64,000 nucleotides of DNA, from positions 57,961 to 121,960 of the forward strand of contig CAMBEE010000002.1 in the NCBI GenBank assembly GCA_945865665.1, in the 5' to 3' direction. How positions within the stretch are numbered: the stretch's first letter is position 1; the number at the start of each line of letters is the position of its first letter. Below the pieces are notes generated by a model. It was not told where the DNA came from. It saw only the letters and a program-made list of their open reading frames with translations, and ran no database searches. Positions 8,476-20,400 of the stretch are shown in pieces. This DNA comes from an uncultured Clostridium sp. GTDB taxonomy: Bacteria > Bacillota > Clostridia > TANB77 > CAG-508. The position numbers and the translations under genes were made by a program.

Positions 8476-11400
8476 ATGATTAGTAAAATCGTAAGAGGAA
8501 AAGACAAATTTATCGTAATTGCATTAATTATGACATCAATTATTGGTGCGTTAGTTGGAAAAATATATTCAACCAACAATAATCATTATGTAGTTGATGT
8601 TACAAATGCCGCTGGAGAAAGCAAAGACAATAATTTACAGGTTACAGAAAAAATTGTAAAAGGTGCAGGAGCACAATATTTTGATTCAAAAGAATTAAAT
8701 TATGAAGTTGAATTAAAAAATATTGGACAAGCTGAAAATGTTGAAACTCAAGTTGCAATAGTTACAGACTTTTCATATAGTATGGAAACAAATGATACTA
8801 ATAATGTAGTAAGAGGTAAAGCTATTGATTTAGCAAATGGAATAATAACAAACGTTAAGAATTCAAGAGTTTCTATATCTAATAATAATGCATTGAAACT
8901 ATCTATGACAACAAATACATCAGCAATAAGCAGCACAATAAATTCTTTAAACTATGGAGAAGGAAACGACAGTAATCAAGGATTAGACAATGCCAATAGT
9001 AGCTTTACAACGCCAGCAGTTGCCGGAAATACTATAAATAAATATATAGTAGTATTTACAGATGCTACAGATGATGTTTCAGAAAAAATGAAACAGTTAA
9101 CAACAGATGATCCGAATTTACATATAATTTCTATATTGGTAGATATGACTAGTACTTCTTATGTAGTAAATGATTTAGCTGTATGTGGAGAAGTATATTT
9201 ACTTTTAAGCGGAGTTTCTGCTGATGACGTAAATTCAAATATTGAAATGCTTGATTTACAAAAAATATATGATAACATGAACAAATCTACAAATAATATT
9301 GAAGTAACAAATGAATTCTCTGATGAAGTACAAAAATATTTTAGCATATCTGATTTAACAGTTGACAATGGAAATGTAACTCAAACTGCAAAAGGATATA
9401 TATGGAATATTGACAGAATTAGATATCAAGATACTGCAAAATTAAAATTCAAATTAACATTAAAAACAAATGTTGATATAGATGCAGGTATAATATTTAA
9501 AGATATCTTTACAAATAAAGAACAAAATATTTCATATACAGCAGAAGAAAACACATTAACATTAAATGGAACAGATGCAAGAGGGGGAACATCAGCAACT
9601 ACTCTTAAGATTTGCCAAGGCTATGATTTAAAAATAAAGGCAGTAAATGAATCTAATACAGATTTACCAGTAGACGGAATAGATGTTAAAGTAGTGGGTA
9701 TAAAAACTAATGATGATGGAAGTGAAGAAGAGGAAGTATGCAATATTACTAAAAAGACAGATAGCAATGGATATATAACAATCACACCAGATGATGCGAG
9801 AGCTTTAAGATTGGATGGAGAAATAACATTTACTGTTACACCAACCGTAGATAAAGTAGGATATTCATATACAAACCCTGTAACATTTACATATAATAAT
9901 AATGTTACAACGAAAAATATAGAATGGGTTGAAACAGGAAGTGGATTAAATCACGAAGAAAAAGAAACTGAAAGAGTTGCAGAAGTTGTTGTGCCAATTA
10001 ATAGTCAAAAATCTGATCTTGAGCTAAGAGTAGAAGAATTAAATAATAGTAATGCATTAGTTCCAGGATCAACATTTGAATTAATACAACCAAAATTAAA
10101 TAATAAATACGAAATGGATGTATTATCAGCTACAACAGATGACAAAGGCGCAATTCATTTTGCACCAACAGTTATGACAAAAGATGGAACATATAATTAC
10201 ATTCTAAGACAAGTGTCAGCACCAGATGGATATGAACTAACACCACTAACATTAATTACAATAGAATATAAAAATGGAAAAATAGTACGAAAACCAGCAA
10301 CACAATTTAACGAAAATATTGTAAGTACAGAATTATGTACAGATGTAGAAAATCATACATTAATAGTAGTTGGATTAAAGAACTTAAAACAAGATCCATT
10401 TGATTTAGAAATTAATTTATCAGATAGGGCAGATGGAACAAAGATAGATGGAGTTACATATTTAATAGAAACAATAGGAAGAGATGGAGTATCCAGTCCT
10501 GTATATGCTACAACAGATTCAAATGGACAAGTTAAGATAAAATGCTATGGTGATGGAGCATTGAAAATAAAAATAACAGAACAATCACCAAAAGTTGGAT
10601 ATGTTGCAGATACAAAAACAAAAGTATTAGACATTTCTAGAAATAATAAAAAAATTGAAGTTTGGGTAAATGAAGATAAATTAGATATAGATCAAGATGC
10701 AAACAAAGAAAACCTAATAATAAAGTTAAATAGCCAAAAGAAAGCAGAACGAAATGTAGTTAAAATTAATTTGGTAGATTCTAATGAAACTGATGTACCA
10801 GTTGGAGCTGGGGTTACATATGAATTAGTAAATACTGAAACAGGAGTAAGTTATGGTAAAGTTGTATCTAATAGGAACGGAGAATTATCATTTACAATTG
10901 ATAACAATACAATAGGGGACCATACTTATAAATTAGTTGTAGATAAAAATTCATTACCAGCCGAATATGAAAATGCAACAAATTCTCAAGATGTTGATTT
11001 TAATATACATTTTGACAAAGATGGATATATTGACGGTATAAACGCAACAAATGGAGATCAAATTACAATTGATGAACATTCATCATCAGTTAATAGTGAT
11101 GACAGTGTTGAATATACAGCATTTTTAAAATTAGCATATGAACTAAACATTGATAATACAGCAGATTTCAAAATTCAATTATTAGACCATGAAGATTTAA
11201 TGACACCAATCGATGGAGCATCATATAATGTTGATATTGAATGGACTGTAAACGGAATCACAAGAACAAAAACAATCAAAGGAAGAAAAACAAATGCATC
11301 AGGACAAATAACAACTAAAATAATAAAAGTAAATAGTGTAAAATTAACAGTTACACAAGTAGGTGCAAAAACTGGATATGGAATAGATAACACAACACAA

Positions 11401-14400
11401 GAAATAGAATTAACATATAATACTAGTGGAGCTTTAGTAGGAATTAGCCAATCACCATATGATAAAGGTGATACAAACACAGATGAACCAAATCAAGGAG
11501 CTTATAAAGATCCAGCTAATACAAACAATGTTATTTATCAACATTTAAATAGAAAGAGAACAACAGAAGACACATATTTAAACTTAACTATAACAAAACA
11601 AGACATGAATAATGCATATAAAGACGGAGTTATATTAAATATAAAATCAAGTTCATTATTAGACAAAGAAGGCAATGGATTAGATTTAATAGTAAGGACT
11701 GGGCAACAAGGTGATTCAGGGGTATACACATTTGATTATGGATCATATCTACAAAATAAAATAGATAATGATACAATTAGAGTACCTGGTATAGGAGAAG
11801 AAGGAAACGAAATAGTTTACGACTTAGAAATAACAGAAATGAATGTGGACAGCACTAGTGATACAGGATACTCACCTAAAAAAGGCACAACATTTAAAGC
11901 TAGACTAATATTTAAATATAGAGATGGAAGCGTAAAATTAACAAGTGTTGAACCATACTATGGTAATAGATTATTAGTACATGATCCAATATATTCAAGT
12001 TCTTCTGACACAGAACAAGGACAACAAGATGAAGATTCTATGGGAGTATATTTAGCAAACATAACACTTAATTTAAAAACAGATTATGATGATGTTGGTA
12101 ATTTATCATTAGACTTAAAAAAAGAAGATATAAATGAAGAACCACTTATTGGAGCAAAATATAATTTAAAAGTTACAAACCCTGATGGTACAGTTATTAG
12201 AAAAAATGATATTTTAGTAAAAAATGGAAGCTCAAACATCGAAATATCAGGATTAAATGTAAATGTAGGTAGTACAATTGAATTAAACGAAGTAGAAGCA
12301 CCAATAGGATATGGAATAAATAAAAACACAGAAGTACTAGAAGTAACAGCAATTGGTGATGATGGAGAAATAACATTAGAAAGAAAAGATGCAACAACAG
12401 ATAGATTAAAACTAGTTAAAATGGCAGCAACGACAACTACAGCCGGAACATTAAAAACAAATTATGAAATATCATTCGTAGATTATCAATTGGATACATT
12501 TGGATTTGGAATAAAAGCTATAGACTCAAATTCAAATAAAGGAGTTGATAGATATTCATTTAATGTTGACTCAAGTAAAGGAGCAACAGGAACATTGACA
12601 ACTGATTCAGACGGAAATGGAAGTACAAGAGTTGGAGGCAGTATTGAAAGCAACACTATTGAATATACAATTTCAACAAATCATGTTGCAGATTACTATA
12701 AACCATTAAATAGCAATATAAAAGTAAACGTTGTATTTAATGCGGCAGGAGCAATTGATATTGCAGCAACTCAAAATGCACAAACTGATCCAAACTATAA
12801 TACTTTATGGAAAATTAAAAATCTAGTTCAAAGCAATGATGAATTTAATTTTGGTAAAATTGATATTGAAATTTTAGTAGATCATCAGGAACCATTAAAT
12901 GTAAAAGTAGAAACTATTGACAAGATAACAAATACTAAAGTTTCAGATGTTCAATATAAAATAACACCATCAGAAGAATTACCAGCAACAGGTTCAGACT
13001 CAATAAATGTAGGATATGTATTAGAAAATGGAATGCTAACATATACGTTATCACAAACAAACATCAAAAATTCATATGCAAAATTAGAAGAAAAAGACTT
13101 TAAAGTAACATACAGTAATGAAAATATAATGAATGCTGAATTTACAAAAGATAATGTAAAAGATGATACAATAACTGTAACAGGAAACAAACAAGTAACA
13201 GTCAAAGTATATGTAGAGCCAAAAGTACCATTTGAAATAACAAATTTATATTATTTCAATAATAATACAAAATTACAAGGATCAAATTTTGAAGTTACAG
13301 AAGTAAAATCAGAAGATGTTGGAACAGGAACAACAGATGCAAATGGAATTTCTGGAATATACTCTGGAATATTAGGAGCAGATGAGGATGTAACATACAA
13401 AGTAAAACAAACATTAGGAGCATCAGGGTATGCAACAGTAGACGATTTCTACATTAAAGTACATTATAATGCAGATAGAGAAATAACATCAGCAAAATTA
13501 GTTGACAGTAATGGAGAAGATGTTTCAACAAATAAATTTGTAACAGTAGGATTTACAAAAACATCAACATTCTCAACATATAATTCTAATAATAAAGGAA
13601 TTGTAACAATACAAGTACTAAACTATCCTGAATTTAAAATAAATATTGACAATGTTGATAGAAGAGATGGAACAACAAAAATTGCAGGAACAGAATATAG
13701 CGTAACATCACAATATACAACAAGTGATAACAAACAAGTTGACTTTATGAGCACAAAAGGAGTTATAACAAACAGTAATGGATTAGGAGTTGCACACTTA
13801 GATAAAACAAAAGAAAACACAATTGTTACATATACAGTAAAAGAAGATATACCAGCAATTGGATATCAATCATTAGGTACAGAAATTAAAGTAAAAGTTA
13901 CATTTGATGGAGATGGGTATGTAAGCAATGTTGAAGTAGAAAATGATAGCAACTTAAATAAAATAGAGTCAGTAAGTAGAATACAACCAATTACAGACCC
14001 AGCTGATAACTTTGTTGTAAATTTACAACTTAAAAATAATCCTATATTAAAATTCAATTTAACAGCAGAAGACAGTGCAGACCATAGTGTGAAAATTAAA
14101 GACTTAGGATTTACGATTGTAAGTACATTTGAAGATACAGTATATTCAAACTCATCTGCGACAAATAAAGTAAATCAAACAGAAAATCCAGAAACATCAT
14201 ATACAGATATAAATGGATATACAGCATCATATTTAGATAGAACTTTAGACAATAAAGACATGTATTATACAATTAAAGAAGTACAAAAAGCACCAGGATA
14301 TGATTGGGCAGGTAAAGACATAATAATAAAAGTAACATATGATTCAGACGGAAAGATTGATTCAATAACACCAGTACAAGGTGGAGAATTAATAAATATT

Positions 14401-17400
14401 TCATCTTTTGATAAAGACAATTTCGAGATAAATATGGAAATATACAACGATGAAATAAAATCATTTGGAATCAATTTATCAGCAGTAGACACATATGATG
14501 CAAATAAGAAAATAAGCAACATGAAAGTAAATGCTTTCTTAACTGAAGAAGGAAACACAAATTATACTAAACCAGATGATGATTATAAATTGATGGATGA
14601 AAATTCACTATTAACAGGTGCCGACAGAAACAATGATGGAAAACCAGATATAGCACAAGGTGAAGACTATAAAACAATGGGACAATATAATAAAGGAGCT
14701 GGAACAAGAACATTAAGATTAGTTGTATTAAATGATACAAGTAAAGATAACGAAAAAGCAGCATATTATCTTGATAGTGCAGATGACACAAATTCTGGTA
14801 ATAATGTTGGATATTATAAAGGAGCAAAATATTACAAAGACGCTAAATATCAAAATGTAAGATATCAATACTTAATAAATGTAACATTTGATGATGAAGG
14901 AAAAATAACAGATGCAAAACTACAAACAGGATTAAATCCTTATGTAGGATGGCTAGTTGACAATAGATATATACAAACACAAGAAGATGGTGTAAGCTTA
15001 GATCATACAGACTACAGATTAAATATTACAATGAAGTTTTTCCCAATGTTAGACTTAAAATTAAATGCAATGGATAATTACACATATCAAAATGAAATTA
15101 GCAAAGATGGACAACCAATTGCTCTAGAAGGAAGTAAATATACAGTTACAACATTAAGACACAATGAATCCGCAAGAGAAGAAGATGAATTAGTAACAGC
15201 TGGATATATTGGATATGGTACATCATATGGATATTATGGAGCATTAGCACAAGCAGATTACTATGAAGCAACAGATGAATTATTTGTACCAATTGAAAAC
15301 AACCATACAAGATTGTTCTATGTATTTGAGGAGATGGAACCAACAAATTATCAAAAATATACAGATAGATATTTGACAATATATAGTCAAAAATTAGTTG
15401 CAATTATACAAGTAACATTTGATGAATATGGGGAAATCAATTATGACAAATCAATAGTAAGGAACGTTAATGATACAGAAATAAAACCATATGTTGCAGA
15501 AGATGGTAGCACATATCTATCAAGCAATAATATACAAGAATATAATTATTACTATGACAAAACAGAAGCAAATAGAAATATTAATTTCTATATAGGATAT
15601 GGATTAACGACAAAAATTAATGTAACAGCAGTAGATGATATATCAAGTTCACCAATATCAAATATAAGAATGACACCATTTATAAATGACACATATTGCA
15701 CAAACACATCATATGAATACAACACAAATGGTTATAGAGACACAAATAGTAGTGGACAATTCGATATTAAATATTGGGGAGCAGCAACACAAGATAACGT
15801 AAATAAATATATTATTGGTTCATCAAGATATGGAGACAACTATAACGGATATATGTTCCCATCAGATATGGCAAGTACAAGCCTAAATGGAAGTGGCAAT
15901 GAACAAGACTACTATGCTAATTTAGATATTTCTTATGATAGTAATGGTAAAATATCACAAGTAAAATCAGTCGGATCAGATTTATGGGGAGATGACAACG
16001 TTTCAAATATTACATGGGACAGTGAAACAGGCAATGTATATATTAACATGCTATATAGTAGAAAATTCCAAATGACATTAAATAAAACAGATTACTATGA
16101 CAGTACTATAAATAAATTAGTAGCCAAATTTGATGTAATATCAGATAAAGGACTAAAAACGAGTATAAATTCAAAACAAACAAGTGATGTTTCAAGAGAA
16201 TTAACACCAATTGGAAAAGTATATGCAAATAAAACAATAAAATATACATTATCTGAAACACAAGTACCTGAAGGATACTATCCATTACAAGACACAATAG
16301 ATTACTATGTAACATTTGATAAAAATGGAAATGTAGGAACAAATAGTGTCAAATCAACAAGCGATTATTTTGAAATTGTAAGTACAAGTGATAACACTGA
16401 AAAAGTAAATAAAACATCACCAGACTTAACAATAAATGTAAAGAATAAACCAGCATTTAATTTTGGTTTAAGGGTAATAGATCAATTCTATAAAAATGAT
16501 GGAATATCAGATGTTTATTTAAAAATAACAAATAGCAAAGGTGATGTAGCATTAGGAAATCCTCAAACAGATGCAAACGGATATGCAACTGTTGTAACAG
16601 GACCAGTATATCCAAAAGAAACTGTAAAATATTATATAAGTCAAACAAATACAGCAGATGGATATTATCAAAATTCAGCCACAATAGAATTAGAAGTTAA
16701 ATTTAATGATATTGGAAAAGTTGAAGCTTATAAGATATTAAACGGAAATGAAGTTATAAATAACTTTAATTCTACAGCGTATATGAACACAAGACAAATA
16801 AATATGCAAATAATGAATATGCCAAAAGACTTAAAGATTGGCTTATACAAATATGATAAAACAACAAATTCACCTATGGCAGGAGTAAAATTCACAATAA
16901 CAAAAGAAGATGTAAATTCCGGAGTAAAAACTTCAAAACAAATTACAACAGAAAATGATGGAAATGTAGTACAAGCAATAGATACTTTTGAAACATCAAT
17001 TTCTGGAAAAACTATAAAATATACAATACACGAAGATGAAACACCAGCATCATATAGAACAATGGAAGATATAGTATTTATAATTAGATATAATGCAGAT
17101 GGAAGTATTGCATCAGCTAACCAAGTACAAAATGACAACGGCGTACTATCAGAAATTAAACCAGAAATAGCAATTGGAACAATTAAAAAATTAGATGATA
17201 AAAGAGTACATTTTGCTATAAATGCTCCAAATGATAATGCATATGATTTAATAATTAAAAATGAGGATATAAATTATTCTGGATTTGGAATAAAAGATTC
17301 AGAATTTGATGTAAGCATTAATGGAACAAAATATATACCAGAATTAACAAATGAAGAAGGAGAAACAAGCTTAAAAGACTTAACACAATCTGGAGATATA

Positions 17401-20400
17401 ACAATAAAAATAGCTCAAAAAGAAGTTGGAGACGGTTATAAATCTGATATAGATAACAAAGTGGAAATCAATTTGGTAAAAGGTGTAGATGTATATAGTA
17501 TAGATCTAAAACCAACAACAAATGGTTATGTAGATGATAAAAATGCTACAACAACAAAAGCAGTTATCGTTGTTGATGAAACATATGGTACAATAACAGT
17601 AACATTTAAGAATGAAACTAAAACAGAAATAACGCTATTTAAACAAGATATAAATACAAATGCTGCATTAAAAAATGCTGAGTTTAAAGTAACAGCACAA
17701 CAAGTTGACGATAGCGGAAGTAATATAGGCAGTGGAATAACATTGACAACAAATGATAACAAAATAACAGACAGTAATGGACAAATACACTTTGATTTAG
17801 GTGTAGCGCCACAATCACAAATTTGGAAATACACATTTGAAGAAATTACACCACCAGAAGGCTATAATCCAATAGCTGATTTAGTAATGACAGTAAAATA
17901 TGACCAATATGGTAGAATTTCTGAACAAAAATCTAATAAAGAAAGTAGATTAAAACCTACAACAGAACATCCAGAAAATGAAAACTGTAGAAATATGTAT
18001 GCAATTATAAAAAATGGTGATGTATCACCAGCATATACAGTAAAAGTAGTTACAGAAGATGTTGACACAGGAAAGAGAATAAGTGGCTCAGAAATCCTCA
18101 TGAATATTACAAAAGAAGATGGAAGTTTAATAGAAGTTGAGCCAAAAACATCTGCTTCAGCTACAAATGGAAGTACATCTATAACTGGAAATTTAGGAAT
18201 AGATGGAACTATGTATACAGATGAAGAAGTTGAAAATCCAAAGGTAGACACACCATCAATTGTAGAAAAAGGTTTAACATATATAGACAATATTGATTAC
18301 GAAGGAACAATAAACATTGACATAAGTCAACAAAAAGCAGCAACTGGATATATATTTGGAAATCAAAAAACATCTACAGATGAAGGACAAGATATCAAAA
18401 TAAATACTAAATATGTCCCACACTTAGATGAAGACCCAACAGTAGAATTCACTATTATAGATAATGATGGATTTGAAGTAAGAACAGATGATGTAAATAG
18501 AATAATAACAATAGTTGTAAAAAATGAATCACAAGTTTCATTTGATATAGTAACTGAATTATTCCATTCAGACTTAGAAGAAGAAAAACATTATATTTCA
18601 GGGGTAAATTATAATATTACATCAGAAATTCTAACAGCAACAAACAGTATACCAACAGACTTAAATGCAACAACACCATTATCAGATGAAAAGGGTGAAA
18701 CAAAAGAAAATGTTGGAAAAGCTTATGCAGGAAAAACAGTATTGTACACATTACATCAAAATATACCATTAGGATATAGAACAATAGACGATATACAAAT
18801 AGAGGTACAATATGATTCTAGAGGATACATTAAATATTATGAAATGTTATCATCAGAAGATAATGCATATATAAATGAAGAAAACACAACAAAAAGAACT
18901 ATTGCATTAGTTGTTAGAAACAAGAAAGACATAGAAAATTACGTTATATATGTTGAAAAACACGCTAAAGACACAGATGAAGATGAAGACGCATATCAAA
19001 GAAAATTACCAAATGCAAAATATCAAATTACAGTAAATCAACAATATGGAGCACCAAAAACTGTAAGTTGGGTTGATGTTACAGACGAAAACGGAGAAAT
19101 AAGATCAGCACCATTTAATGGATATGGATATATATCAGCTCAAATAAAAGAATTAGAAGCTCCTGAAGGATATGAACTAGATGAAGGCGTAAAATATGTA
19201 AGTCTTTACAGAAATCAAGATACAGGAGAATTTAAAGAAGACGTTGCAAATGAAGCCTTTACAGGTGTAGACAACAACATAGAATACGATTCAGCAGGAA
19301 ACAGAATAATAAGAATTTTACCAAAGAACGAACAACAAAAAGATAAGTTTACAATGGTAATTAATAAAATATCAAAAGAAACAGGCAAATATATAACAGA
19401 CAACCAAGCAAACTTCAAAGTAGAATTAAAACAAACTAATGATGAAGGAGAAATCACTTATTATGACACATTAATAGAAAATGCATACACAGATAAGAAT
19501 GGTAAATTGGTAATGGATAATTTACAAATGCCAGGTGAAGCAGGAGAATATAAGTTAGTTATTACTGAACTTAATGCACCTGAAGGATATTTGAAATTAA
19601 GCGAACCAGTTGAAATTCCAGTAACATTTGGAACAGACTCAGCAGGAAATATTGTAATAATAAGTGCAAATACAATTGGAAATGGACTTGAAAATATTTC
19701 AGCATCAAAAGTTGACAAACAAATATTAGGTATAAATGTTGGAAATGAAGTAGACAATGGATTAAAAGATGATGAATATTCATTAGATATTACAAAAGTA
19801 GATGCCAAGACAGGTGAAGCAATTGAAAATATGGCAATATTCAAAGTTCAATTACCAGACGAAAATAATACGTCAGTATATACAGAAACAAAAGAAACAT
19901 TATTAGGACCTGGAAAATTAGACTACTGCTATATTGAACAAGACAAAGACTATACAGTAAGATTAACACATATGAAAAAACCAACAGAACCAGGAATATA
20001 TGTATACAAATTCAAAGAAATAGTTGCACCAGAAGGATATGCAAAGATTGATGATGAATTTGAATTAAGCATTGAGTTTGCAATAGATGAAGAAACAGGA
20101 AAAATGTATATAAAAGATGTTAATTCAAGTAATGAAGATTATTTAAGAATTAACACAGAAGCTCCATATGACATAGAAAAACCAATTAGTATAGATATAC
20201 TAAACAACGAAGACAAAGGAGAACAATATACAATTCACTATGATGCAAATGACAACGGCGAAGGAATAACTGCACCAGCAGATCAAATAAAAGACAAAGA
20301 CGTAGACTTACAATTAAGTGCAGAAGAACTAAGCAGAACAGGATATATATTTAAAGGATGGGCAACATTGCCAAATGCAACAACACCAGACTTTAAAGCG

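Noticed and set aside
16728-18290. Minus-strand ORFs of 136 and 142 aa (plus many 60-127-aa ones between 8.7 and 20.7 kb) inside the giant adhesin gene
   Set aside because: They are antisense to the 12.5-kb ORF, hydrophobic and low-complexity, and lack RBS. They are compositional artefacts.
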